64,000 nucleotides of DNA from Psilocybe cubensis (GCA_017499595.2 CM039000.1:372001-436000), one strand, 5' to 3'. Shown: positions 38,499 through 52,140, numbered from the stretch's first letter. The notes: generated from the letters alone by a model not told the origin. Program-made: numbers and translations.

Positions 38499-40367
38499 AT
38501 GATGCTTTTAACAGGCGCAGCTCTTGTTATTGGAGCTCTGTCTTTCGCTCATGTCGCTAGTGCTGAGCCTACAGTCGACCGGTTGGTTTCAAAGCGCTAT
38601 CTCGAGAAGAGAGGTTCTGGGTTTGCGAATGGTGGCAATCGGTTTAATAGTGGCAAGGGGCCTAATGGGAAACCGGTCAACAAGGCCAACTACGAACTAT
38701 CCTTCTACCATCTAAACGATGTTCACGCGTATGTCTCCTTTGTACTCCGTGTTTGATAATAACCTCACTCCTGCTTTTCTATAGTCATCTTGACGAGTTT
38801 CGTTCCAGCGGTTCTTCATGTACAGACACCACAAAAGGTGAGTGCAATATGACCGATCACTATTTATGGCATCTAATCAGCACATAAGGCTGCGTCGGAG
38901 GATACTCTAGGGTCAAGACTGTCATCGATTCGAAGAGAAAAACGAAAAAGAACTCCCTCTTCCTTAATGCCGGCGACGAATTTCAGGCGAGTAAAGTTCA
39001 CCAATTGCTTATCTTGCTCTCTCATATTGTTTTAACTTCAGGGAACGCTCTTCTATACCTTGTTCAAGGGGGAGAAGATAGCTCAGACCTTGAATCAGCT
39101 TGGTTTTGACGCGATGACCCTTGGAAATCACGAATTCGACGATGGAGACGACCTTCTCGCAGCTTTCTTGCGCAACCTCACGTTCCCAGTTATCTCTAGT
39201 AACATTCATTCAAAGAACCGGAAACTCGCAGCAGCTCTGACGCCGTTCAAAATTTTCAACAAGCACAACCTGGCCTTGATCGCTGTTACTACAGAAACCA
39301 CCTCGACTATCTCTAGTCCCAGCAATCTAACCACGTTCGAGGACCCAGTGATCGCCGCCAAGAACACGGTCAAATTCATCAAGAGGTACTATCCTTATAT
39401 CAACCGCATTGTCGCGTTGACCCATATCGGATACGACAAAGATATCGAGCTTGCGAAATCGACCAGGGACATCTCTTTGATTATTGGTGGACACTCGCAT
39501 ACTTTGCTCGGAAATATGACTGGAGCACAAGGCGCGTACCCGACTATCGCCACTAACCTGGACGGTGACGAGGTCTTCGTCGTCACGTCGTACCGATGGG
39601 GAGAGTACCTTGGATACATCGACGTCGAGTATGATAGACGGGGAAAGATTGTCTCCTATGAGGGGGCACCTATTCACTTGACAAACGCTACCGCTGAATC
39701 GCCTAAGCTAAAGGCTCAGGTCAAGAAATGGTCGGGCGCATTTGCTGATTATGCTAACACAGTCCTCGGTTCCACAGAGTTTCCCCTCATTCAGACTACA
39801 TGCCAGCTAGAAGAATGCACCCTGGGATCTTTTACTGCTGACTCGATGGAGGACTACCGCCCCACTGTCGACGGCGCGATCATCAACGCCGGTGGCATCC
39901 GCGCTGAAATCGACGCGGGAAACATCACCCTGCAACAAGCACTCGAATGCTTCCCCTTTGGAAACAGTATCGCTGAGCTCGATTTCACCGGGGCGCAGCT
40001 GTGGGATATCTTCGAGGGCATCGTGTCGAAGAAGAACCTTGTTACCGACGCTCCGGTGACCAGCTTTGTGCAGATTTCAAGGAGCATCCGGTTCACATAC
40101 AACCCTGCCAATCCCGTTGGGAGCCGTCTCATCACCTTGAGCATCAAAGGCCAACCTATTGTCCTCACCAAGACGTACAGAATCAGCACACTGGACTACC
40201 TTGCGACTGGAGGTGACAATTTCTGGGCTGCACGCACGGATTTTGTCTCCCTCGACACTATGGACGAGGTGTGGGCGGATTATGTGAGGGCCGTTACGCC
40301 CATCTCATACAAGGTCGATGGCCGAATCGCGACGACCACTGAGACGGTTCCCCAGAAAGGGGTTTAA
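38499..40367 (+). CDS. Secreted 5'-nucleotidase (metallophosphoesterase plus 5'-NT C-terminal domain)
   Basis: Signal peptide, HLNDVHAH, NAGDEFQGTLFY, LGNHEFD, ALTHIG, GGHSH, NAGGIR, FPFGN and DYLATGGD. Three short 5' introns, one of them GC-AG. Confidence 0.93.
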
Positions 40368-40669
40368 GGTATTTATGAGATGATGTATTGTATTCCTATT
40401 TAACTCATCGCTACCCTTGGGGTATTCCACTCTTTACCATATACCGTTTTCGCTCATTAGAATACAACTATTATTAATAGTCCTGATTCTTCGTAGAGTT
40501 GCTCATGTGCTCCTTTGAATTGGAGGGCGGTGAGCTCGACCAGGCTTCACCGAGTGAAAAGTCGAAAACTACGAATGTACAATTGCACACGGAAGATTTT
40601 ACATTTTTTGAATTGTACGAGAGGTGATATAATGTTCGAGGCTCCTCTGCCATTGAACAAAGCAGCAAA

Positions 40670-43281
40670 CTACCAACCGATGATACCCAAAGGGGCCTTG
40701 AAATCTCTCCTGGGGAGGAACACACCCTGTTTTCCGTGATCTGCAGAGCTGTTATCTGGATCTGGAATGCCCAATGCGCGACGCAGGGCAGGAGGCGCGT
40801 CGTCTCTGCCCACATCGATTTCGACCAGCTGCAGGCAGTTGTTGTTGCGGATCTTTTGGACATCCAAAAGTTTTCCGAGCTCAGTCTCTTTGGATACCTT
40901 GTACGTTTTCGTCTCTATTGGGTTTGTTGTACTGGCGAGAACCTTTAACAAGTCGCCGTAGCTCCATGTGACGATGTTGTGGTATTCGCTGTGGTAAATT
41001 AAACGTGCGTAAGCCTCACGGTAGTCTATTGGTTCGTCAATTTTAAATGTTAAAACTGACCCTTCCACATTATGCTGCAGTCGCTCAATCGTGTATCCTC
41101 CATTAGTAATGACGAAGATGATTGGGTTAATACCCGAACGCATAAAGCCCGAAATTTCTTGCACCGTCATTTGGCTGCCGAGTCATCATCAGTGGGGATG
41201 GATGTGAGCAAATTAAAGTTTGGTAGAAAGAGAAGGTGCACGCACAAACTACCGTCTCCGATAAATAGAATTGTCTTTGGGGCTTGGGCACCTTCGATTT
41301 CTCTGCGTGCAAGCATAGCACCATGCGTCGCGCCTGTGTTTAACATTTTAGTGTGTATTATTCGAGCATCGCATTATACATAAACTGACCCATAGACCAT
41401 CCTATACTGGCCCATAGCTTCTGGGCAAGAAGAGAGGATCCTGATGGAAGAGGGAGGTCGAGAACACCGTAACTAACGCTACCTATTAGGCCACAAACAA
41501 AATTTAATGTGTGTACATTGTATGAGAGCTATAAGCGTACCTGCTTCTGTGATAATCAAGTCGTTCTTCTCAAACCATGCTCCGAGGCGCCACCACAGCC
41601 AATCATGAGTGATTTGCTTGTCGGAATCCGTGACTGGCTTAAGTTCAAATTTGGGAACAGTGAGCTTGCTAGCCCGGTTCTTAAAGTCCTTAAGACGCTC
41701 TCCAAGTTTTGGTAAAAGTTCCTTCATCCCCACTCGAGCGTAACTTGCGAATCCAACTTCGGTGTGGTCGTAGTGAATCTGTTGAAGGGAGGCCGGTCCA
41801 TCAGTAAATGCCGCCAAGGTGGATATTGGGGATGTACATACCTTGATAGCGTTTTCGTCTTTAATTTTATAGGAGAATTTTCCAGAGTTGAAGTCGGTTG
41901 TGAGAGGACCAATCAAGACAACAAGCCTCGCTGACTCGACCTTCTTCTTTACCTCAGCATCACTCAGATCACCAATGTATACCTATAGAAAAACCTATTA
42001 AGTTGATGTCATCAGTTTATCAATGTGAAGAAAAACTAACCCCTCCGTATCTAGGAGACGTTTCGTCGACGACAGTCTTCCCAAGAGGCGTTCCGTAAAC
42101 TGGGAGATCTGTCGCCGCTAAAAAGTCGGCTACCTCTTTCTTGCAATGATGGCGACTAATGCTGACGTCCGCAATTACTAGGACATTGTTATCCTGCCAT
42201 CCCGCAAAGGCTTCAGTGAAGCGTTGGTATATGTGGGTGATTGCGGTGCTCTCAGCGTCCTTGTTGTTTGGGATTTCTTCCTTCTTCAGAGGCTCATGAA
42301 GCCGGGTTGTGACAATTTTGGTATCGACGAGGTCGGCCGGAAGGGCTATGTAAGCGGGGCGGGACTAAAAGGACGTCAGCTCTGTTACAATTAATGAATG
42401 TTGCTTGTGAGCAAAATACCTTGCTAATGCAGTCGACGATGACTTTGTCAATACTTTGGTCTACGACGCCCAGGCCAATTTCCTTCTTCGACAACAAAAA
42501 TTGGGAACATATATATGGAGTGGTGGATTTCGCAAATGTATCGTATCTGGTTAATTTGAAAGTAGCGTTCGAGATTAATGGTTGTTATGTATGAGCAAAA
42601 GAGCCGTTCAATGACGTACTTTCCGTCTCCCAAGGTGTGTATAACATTGAGCCCTTCTTCTTGATCAATACTGGGCTGTTGCCCAACGATGTGGAGGATA
42701 GGTAGCTCCTCTGCAAAAGCTTTGCGCTAAGAGTCAGAAGCGAAATTCAAACAGTCAGTCGAGTAATGCTCACATCCTGCGACGCCATTGATGGCAGAAA
42801 GCTCACCAACGCCAACACTACATTCAAATGTTTTAAGATGTGGCATGAGGGAGATAGACAGAGTAATGAACATACGTGGTAGCTAGCACACCGAGTCCTC
42901 CTCGGTAGCGAGCATATCCATCAGCAGCATAGGCCGCAATTAGCTCATTGCTGTAAACATTCGAGGCGTCAATAAATTAGAGTTGCTCGACATCGAGCGC
43001 CTAAATGATGTCACCATTCTCCGACCCATTTGATGCTGGAACTCTCTACATTATCCTGAATATTAATGACTGTATTAAGTATCTGACCTAGAGCAGTTCG
43101 TTGATGACACACATACCAGGAAATTTGCAAGGTACGATCCGGGAACTCCGAATATAGACTTTGCCAATGTTCTGTCAAATGACCAATCATCACGAGAAGG
43201 GGAATAAGTACTTACCCTAATGTTCTGCTCTTCGAGCCTACGAACGATATAGTTGCCAATTGTAATTTCTTCTGCAGCCAT
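40670..43281 (-). CDS. Pyruvate/indolepyruvate decarboxylase-family ThDP-dependent enzyme with atypical active site
   Basis: Many exons splice in frame: FGVPG, CNELIAAYAADGYAR, GVGELSAINGVAG, HTLGDG, LWASIGWS, and the ThDP/Mg motif GDGSLQMTVQE...TNGGYTIER. Confidence 0.92.
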
Positions 43282-44531
43282 AGATCAAGAAAATTGGATG
43301 AGGACTGAAGTACTGAGGGGGAAAGTCTGGGTGACGTTGGAATATAAATGCAAATGGTCAAGCTAATTTATCAAAGTGGACGCACTCACCTTTGGTTAGA
43401 AGTCCTTACGTAAAAGCAACCCCAGAACCACAAAAGAATGAATCGATGGTGGATAATGTCTATCTATCTTTGACGACTGGCCGTGAACAATGAAGTGACA
43501 TGTTCCTTGTACCCCTGTACATGGGCTTAAGCACATGTTCCAGCTTCTCCGGTGAGATTATAACACCGGCACTGCATCTCCTCAACTTAGAAGCAACAGT
43601 GCAAGTTAATTTGGGTCTTCTTTGACATCATGGCCCTAAAAAGGTCAATGGAACTCCACATTTGTTGGAGATATATGTGTCGAATGTAAAGCTGCACGAA
43701 AATTAGTTATGTGCTAAGATAAATGTGAGATTGGAAGAAGGAAACTTGACAGGGTCAAGGGCCCTGACGAGGTACATCGACAAGCTAATTTGCGGTGAAC
43801 GAACGAATGGATGAATAGGAGCTCGAACTTATTACAACTAGTACGGATGGTCCCCTTCATTGAATACAAACTTCTATTGTAACGCCGCTGGGTATTACTG
43901 GACAATTGACAGTTAAAGAATGTAGTAAATGAGATGTTGGAGATATTGGGGAGGTCAGATTAGCACCGGAAAGAAGCCATCGGTGACTCGGAAGCAAAAT
44001 TCATTTCGATGTGATCATAACGCGGTCCAGGGGTCGCCAGTTTCTCTCCAAATTCCCAAGAAACTTATCAATTAAAAACAAGGGATACAGGTTATTAACT
44101 GTATATGATCTCAGGCGTTTTAAGACCCCCGATTATACGATAATCATTATGATGAAAGATAATGTCATTTTCTCCGCAGCTGAGACTCCAATGTATTCTG
44201 ATGATCCAAACACGAGGTGGGGTTGAACATTCTAGCTCTCAAATTTTGGCAGCTAGGGAGAAAACGCAAAGACGACAGCTGGAATTGTGGCGATATGAGG
44301 AGCAAGAAATTGATAACGTCCCGCCACAATAAACGAAGAAGTCTTGTGGACCTGTTGTGGCTAAAATACGAAAATAACTTGGTGACTTGCGCTGTAGAAA
44401 GAAGAATGACGCCGGAAGTCACTTTCCTGAACTACAGACGAAAAATTTCATGAACATTGGAAAGGTATAAAAGCTCCAGCCTCAAACACGAAGACCGCAG
44501 TCCGACTTTCGAATCGTCTGATATTGCTACC

Positions 44532-46659
44532 ATGGCCAATACCGCTGGGAAATCAGATCCGTCCTCTGTGTATATCAAAGCTACGCAGTACTTCGTCAAC
44601 CAGAAATTGGAGGACCTAAAAAACAAGACCTTCGACTTCAAGGAGATTTCACAGGGAGACAAGCTTACTTCTGGATCGCTCTCCTGGAATGAACTGCGCT
44701 CTGACTTCCAGGAAGATGTCATCACTTCATCTCGCGTCGCTATCATAGGTGCTGGTGTGGCGGGCCTCAGGACTGCCATGCTTCTGGACAAGCTCCAAAT
44801 ACCCTACAAGATTTTCGAGGCCAACGATGGTCCGGGTGGTCGCCTTTTCACCTACCACTTCCCATCCGATGACAAGAGTCCGGCTGGGAAGCATGACTAC
44901 TATGAAGTTGGAGGAATGCGCTTCCCTGATAACGCTGCCAACAAGCCCACTTTCGATCTGTTCAAAGAACTCGGATTCCACTTCCGAAATGACCAGAATC
45001 CAAACGGGGAACTTATCCCTTTTGTGTACGGCCTCGACGACAACATTAGGTACTTCAATAGTAAGTGGTTTTATCAATTGAAAGTATTATTTGCATAGTG
45101 ACTCACATATTTTGTTTAGACATCACGTCCACGGCGAGACAGGTGGCGGATGGCTTCAACCTTTTCCAAGAAGCCACTCCAATCGGAAATGTACGCTTTG
45201 ATGTTTTCGAAATCCATGTACTGTTAACAAGTCTCTGCAGGTCCCGCAAGACTTTACAGATATGATCGACACCGATGAACAGGGAAATGTGTACCGCGGA
45301 GTGGATGCTTGTTTCTATAAAGCCTTTAACGGACTTCGTGCCAAGCTTCTCGCCAATTTTGACGAAGAGTGGCCAAAGCTTTTAAAAGAATGGGACTGGG
45401 CATCAACGCGTTCGTACCTTGCTCAGGGACCAGAGTTGAAATTCCCAACCACTGTCATCGATTGGATTGAGAAGCACAAGTCTGGAACTGGACGCTACTC
45501 AAGGGCTGTAGTCGAAGTGAGTGCAATTTCTATAGTTATTAATTTGAAGAGCCTGACCACGTACTTTAGGAAGTTCTGGAATCCATCACCTTTGATCACC
45601 CCAGGTCTGAACATTTCGACTGGTGGTGCATCGAAGGCGGCAGCGAAGGATTGATCAAAAAAATGCTCAGCACTCTGTCGACTCAGCCGACCTATAACAG
45701 CCGCGTCACAGCAATCTCTGAGCAAACCACCCTTGACCCATGCAAACGTATGAGGGTCAGCATTCATGGCCAAGGTGACGAATACTTCTCGCATGTCGTT
45801 TCCACCGTCACCTTCTCTGTCCTTCGCACCATCGACACCGATGGCGTGCAGATGAACTTTGGTCAACGTGAGGCCCTTCGAGCTCTGAACTACGGCCAGT
45901 CTATAAAAATTGCGATGAAGTTCAAGAACCGCTGGTGGGAGAACAAGAATGTTGTTAAATCGTCTCAAGCCGGAGGAGCGAGCCGAACCGACAGGCAAAG
46001 TCGCGTTGTCGTTTATCCCAGTTACGGTTTGAATGAAGATGGGCCTGGTGTTCTGATGGTCTCCTACAATTGGTTTGTTTTTGTCATTTACAGCTGAAAA
46101 ACGCTAAACGCACTGTTTCAGGGACCAAGATGCCGCGCGTTTCGGTTCGCTGATCAAGAACACCGAATCTCGCACTGAACATCCAACCCCTGGCCGAACT
46201 CCAACCAAATTCGAGCAGGTTCTCCTGGACCAGATCTATGAGGATCTCACCATATTGCACGCGCCTGACAAACAAAAGCGAGCTGAATTCAAGAAAAAGT
46301 TGATCGATGATACCCTCGATTTCCATGCATTCGACTGGTACCACAACCCATACACCATGGGCGCTTTTGCACAATTCACGCCGGGACAGTTCAGCACGCT
46401 GTACGCCGATATCTTGCAGCCTGCTGGACGTCATGGAAACTTCCACTTTGCCGGGGAGCTTGCCAGCCACCACCACGCGTGGGTTGCTGGTGCCATCGAC
46501 TCTGCTAATCGTGCCGTTGGCCACATCGAGCAAGATCATTTCACCAAGGCGAAGTGGTACAAGGCGGGCTCCAAAGTGCCCAGGAGTTTGGTGTTTGATT
46601 CTGATGATAGCATGGTCCTATATCACTTGCTTGGAAAGGTCACGGAGCAAGCTTCGTAG
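44532..46659 (+). CDS. L-amino acid oxidase / flavin amine oxidoreductase
   Basis: TATAAA near 44465. Rossmann VAIIGAGVAG, GGRL, EVGGMRFP, IEGG, VVVYPSYG, MGAFAQF and FAGE...HAWVAGA. Four introns. Confidence 0.92.
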
Positions 46660-47243
46660 GGAAAGATTGAGGTAGCGTGGTATGACACAACCTAAAGAGG
46701 CATTTACGGATATTGAGTTAAATCGAATGTAAACCATCAGTTTTGTCAATTCAAGATATGGTGAAGAACGTACAAAGATGTTTGGAGTTATTGTTAGGGC
46801 TTTCAACTAGTTTGAGACGCAGTTCGAGACGTTTGCTGCTGAAAATGCCACTGGAATGGAACGATAGGACTCGGACGGGGGTGTAGTATGAGGGTGGTAG
46901 GTTTCCCAGCGAGTCGGCAAATACATTTTTTCTGATTATCCCGGAATCTCTAGTGAGATCAATTACTCTTCGAAGAGGATAAGTTGGCTCAAGTGTTATG
47001 AAGAACTTGCGAAGAAAGGGCAAGAAATAATAGTAGTTGCATTATGTAAGTTCTACACGTGACCGTGTAACCATAACCCTATACCAACTGGTTCAACTTG
47101 GGTTGGGCAACACTGTCTCGTCTCGTCTTCCTTCTCTGGTCTTTTCTCTTGCTTTTCTCCCTTTCTATTCTCCCTGGCCTATGAATATTAAAGAAATATC
47201 TTTATAACCGGATCATTCGTACTATAGCAGAAAGCCTTCAGAG

Positions 47244-49688
47244 ATGTCTGTCAAATCACCTGCTAAAGCACAAGGCACCTCGAAGGATGTAGGCTTTATT
47301 CCCGTCGTCTTTCCTTTGGACCGAAATATGCCATTTTCGCCGTCAATTAAAGCTGGATCCTCAAGTAGAAAGGGATCCAGCAGTCTTTCATACATGGAAA
47401 GGCTCCAGCAGAAGCACAACGCAATGGCACGGATTGCACGAGACCAACCGCGATCCCTATCGCTCAGCGACCAGAACACAGAGGTCGACAATGAACGCGT
47501 CCTTTTGCTGAGCAAGAAAGTCCGCGAAGCATGGCTGAACACGGATGCAAACTCGGCGGATGGTAAATATACGTTTTTGGCACAATTACTGCGCCTGAAC
47601 TCAACCAGCGGTCTCGATGGCCGCTGGAGCGCCGTGCGCACCGATCTTCCACCTGCGGAACAGCTTCCTGGAGCGCGCTGGATTAACGCAAAGACTGAAG
47701 TGGAATGGAAGGAGTGGGAGAAGAGGTACGAGACGGAACGAAGGATCAAGGAAAAGGTGGAGAAGTGGAAGAAAACGGTGGAAACGCCCAGTACGCAGCC
47801 CAGTTTTCAAGACAGCTTGGTATCGAACTCGGCTTCTGCTCGCAAAGGCTCCAAGGCAGCGTCTGCCAGCATCCTTTCAGTCCCCGCAGATCCGTTGAAA
47901 AATTCCACACCCTTCGGATTCTCTGTCGTCAAACGTGTTCAGAAATCTGCTGTAGGCAAACCCTCTGGATCGGGGTCAGGTAAAGCAACAGTACCACCGG
48001 AGAAACCTGGAGATAGTGCCTCTAAACCTACAAAAAGTTCACATAATAAACACATAGCTGAGTTGGGAGAACATGTATGTATTTCCATTTTCAACACTTT
48101 TTACCAACTCAAACATGTATCTTAGTCTTTTATTCCTCCATCCTTCCCTCCATCTCAACTCCTAACATCGACACCTAAACATGCTGCGAAACCCTCCAAT
48201 CCCCGAAAACCTGATCCAATACCCCACATTGCCCCGCCATCAACTTCTGAGAATTCCATCTTACCCGATCAGCCTCTATCCTCGCCTCGAGTGACCAAGA
48301 CATATGGTCGTCAACACCCAAGTCCGAGCCAACCACTCGAGGCATCTGCCTCTTTACCTGCGATACCCGTCACCCCTACCCGCAAGAGAAACCCCCATAA
48401 TGACATTAATGACGACCTAAATGACGACGACAGTGTCTTCAATCTTAACAAGAAGCGACTCCTTGCTTCACCTGCGACACCCGATAGCAATACTAACAAG
48501 GAAAGGGCATTGAAGAGAGCGCGCACCCTTTCTGAACTTCAATCTTCTCCTGTGATACCTCCTCCAAGCAATAGAAGGGACAACGCCAATGTGCTTCGAA
48601 GTCCTCGCACTCCTATCACCTCGAAACGCTCTGTGCTCCCTCCCGTTGCTAACCCTCCTGTAGCAGCTACATCCGAGTCAAGCCCTGATCCATTGTTGGA
48701 AGCGTCCCCATATCATCTTGGGAATAGTCCCAAGAAACAACCTGCCATTGAGGTACCCACTCTCATTAATCTTCTGGCAAGCGCGAAGAAAGGAAAGAAG
48801 ACCAGCTCTTCCAAGCCTCCCAGTGCATCCAAGGGTAAGGGAAAAGCCAAGGAGACCACAACCCTGGATGCGGAAGATGGAGTACAAGGCAAAGAATTAC
48901 ACTCCGATGTCGGAGATGATGTGCATGAAAAACCGCCTGCTGCACCGTTCCTTTTCCCCGAAGCTGTAGTTGAAGATGCAGTGATGACAATAGCGAAGGA
49001 TACAGCAGAACAAGAACCGGTGCATGCAGACGTCAATGATCTCCCCGAGAGGGAGAAGGACCACCACTTGTTCGAACCTTACGGCAATTCTGTTGTAATG
49101 GCGTATGAAGACCCCAATCTTCTCCCTGTTGATGATGCTGCGTCCCCGGCCAAGTCTCTCTCGTCGCTGGCAGGCTCTGACTCAGAAGATGATGAAATTG
49201 AAAACGTCGACGATGGGAACAACTTCCTGCTTTCTTTCAACCCGGTGGCTACATCCACCCAGCAGCATCGAGGTCCATTCGCCAGCTCGGCTTTGAGAAA
49301 TGAACTTGGCGCAAACAATGTCTCAGCGGAAAAGGAGAGTCAGCCCCCACCAAATTTGAGTCAAATGACCAAAGATAGCTGGGAGAGCATTTACGCGCCG
49401 ACGTCGATGCCCAAGTCGAAATCAAAAGCATCCTCCAGCAAGTCCAAGTCGCCCGTGCCGCAGCCACAGCCGCGACATTATCAGATACCAAAAACGGATC
49501 CGGTTACGAGCTCCAATCCATTTGCGTATAGCTCGCAGCTCACATCCGGTGTGGCGAAGAATGTTTATGATGTTGACCGGCTTCTAGAGCAGGATGTTGA
49601 GCTTGCGTACTCGGGATGGATCAGGGATCCTTATGCGGATGAGATCGAGGACGCGGATGGGTTCAAGGATCCTGAGTCTAGTCCTTGA
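47244..49688 (+). CDS. Hypothetical Ser/Pro/Lys-rich, largely disordered protein
   Basis: Two long ORFs joined by a GT-AG intron (~48074-48125). Many S/T-P sites and basic clusters; no recognisable domain. Confidence 0.75.
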
Positions 49689-50070
49689 TCTGTATTGAGA
49701 CTTCGTAGGTCATCTTGATGATATCGGCCATGTCATGCTGTATATACGTAGGAGGATCTTATGAATGATACACTCCGATTACACCATTGTGCGTTACAAC
49801 TTGTTTTTACATTAGTTTGCAGTATATATTTGCCTTATAGCATCAAATGTGTATAACAGCGCGTTTCATTGATGCACTTGAAATATTTTTTCGTTATCCC
49901 TGATGAACTTGGTGTGATTTCTCTTGATACCTTCAACTTGGAAGCTTCACAAGCACAACGCGACGGGAGCACGCACGTGACACCGCTCGTTGTTCGATTC
50001 CAATGTCAGCCGAAAAACAAATGCTCTTGTTCTCGTACTTATCGTTCTCAGCGGGATCCTTATTGTCAAG

Positions 50071-52140
50071 ATGAGTAGAAGGGAGTCGCGCTCCTCACTG
50101 GGTGCAAGACAGAACGATGCGCTGGTAGAATTTGAAAACTGTGAGTATGCGACACGTTTAGGCGGTCGGAACACGAGTTTTGATACACTGGTGGCATATC
50201 CCAGTCAAGAAGAAGTTCCTGTTGGCAAATAAGCATATTACAAAGTATGTACTATATAACCGATACCAATTCCTTAAACTGATCGTTATCTAGGCTTAAT
50301 TCAACACTAAGCGTTCGCATCGAGGAACTAAACGCACAGATATCTACGCTCTACGTTGAAAACCTTCGGTTGCGGGCATCCGAGATCGCGCTGACAGCGC
50401 AGCTCAAGAAGGAGCGGGAAAAGTCCCAGAAAGTGATAGCTGATGCAGAGACTGCGGTGAGTCCCATGTCAAGTCCTGTGCCACCTGGTCAGATAGTTTG
50501 ACTGTACACCCCCAGGCCCAAAACCTCGCCAAACATCTGATATATCTCCGCGAGACCCACAATATACCCACTGTTTCAAACGACCCTCCTTCCCCTCCTT
50601 CACCCCGCGCGCGACGTCCGGCGCTCGATGTCAGCCCGAGTTCACCTCAGTTGAACCGTATCTCGCGACCCCCCAACGTGCCCGGAATATACGAAGAAGA
50701 CGAGCCATCTGGATCCTCAGAGGAACGTGCAACACCCCCGCGAAAGAAGACCAAGTCGAAACCGAGGCTATCAGCATCAAAGTTACCCTTACCCACCCGA
50801 GCACCCTCACCCACGCCTACCGGATCGAACGATGTATCAAAACCTAAGAAAACTATTCGCAGGCAGAGCGGTTTGTTGAGTGTAAATACGGAGGTTTTAT
50901 CGGTGCCTCGGTCGGGGAGTCCTGCTTTTGGATCACCGATTCGTCTGGAGGCTGGCCGAGCTGAGGAAGCCGAGGAACTTGCTGCTGTGCACGGAGAGTT
51001 GGAAATCACCATAACACCAAAGAAGGAGAGACGGAAGGCTAAATCTAAGGAAGAGCCGGAAGGTGAAGTTGTTTCGAAGCCACCAAAGGAGAAGAAAAAA
51101 CCCAGAGAAGAGGTAGATTCCTCCGACATTTTGAAGCCAAAGGTGAAGGATACTACTGCCCCCCGAACTGCTCTGCAGCCAATTGATAGCAACGGTGCGT
51201 GTTCTGGTATTTTGATGTATCAAATCTCATGGTTTTCTGTAGTCTATGAACAGACAAATACAGATGGAAAAACATTCCTACGCCCAGGATCTCCCAGTGG
51301 GTCAGCGCCCACATCGCGTGGTTCGACGAGTCCTGTACCAACCGGTTCTTCCGAACTAGACGGTACGCAGAACGCCAACGGTAATCGGGAGAGGCGGACG
51401 AGGAAGAGTGTTAATTATGCTGAACCAAAGCTTAATACGTACGTTCTATTTATATACCTGGCACATTCGTCATTTCTGTGCAAACTGACATCGAGCCGAC
51501 CACACAATCCAGGAAAATGCGGAAACCTGACAATGTTCCGGGGCTAACAGAACCAGTACGCAAAAAGCGGTCCTCCGCAGCCGCTGTTATGACAAGCACT
51601 TCGTACAAGCCTCCATCATCATCGTCGTCTACTGGTAATGATGTTGACCAGGATGATATTGATGAAGAAAACATTTTAGTATCATCGAGCGTCGGTGTTC
51701 ATCCGGCACCTATTCCCCTACCGCTGCGAGGCACCAGCGGCAACTATATCAATCCCGAACATTTCCCTCTCCCTCCGTCTCGCCCTGGATCAGCTGCAGC
51801 AATGTATTCTCCGGGACCTCCGACACGGACAACAGGATCAACGACTTCTGGGGTGTCTGTCACATCGTCTTGCTCAATATCAACATCTTCTTCAAATGCC
51901 ACTAACATCACGGTGAAGAAGAAAAGGTCACGGCCGCAGATCTCGGCTCTTAGTGACGAAGAAAGTGATGGTGCAGAAGCAGACGAAGAGTATTTGGGCA
52001 GCGGTGCAAGCTCAAAAGTCACGGGTTCAGGCGCGTGGGTCAATGTAGAAGGGCGCCGGAAAGCGCTTCCAAAGAGGAGCGCAGCTACTGCTGCTGTAGC
52101 TGCCATGGAGGATATCAGGCGGCATAGCATGATTATATGA
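50071..52140 (+). CDS. SGO1: Shugoshin
   Basis: N-terminal coiled coil FKKKFLLANKHITKLNSTLSVRIEELNAQISTLYVENLRLR and SGO motif RRTRKSVNYAEPKLNTKMRKP. Confidence 0.92.

Noticed and set aside
38499-40367. 5'-nucleotidase as part of the LAAO/ThDP module
   Set aside because: It is a convergent, secreted enzyme with no evident biochemical connection.
43282-44531. About eight HGATAR (nitrogen-regulatory GATA) sites in the PDC-like/LAAO spacer
   Set aside because: A rough estimate gives about five by chance at this AT content, so the enrichment is not convincing.
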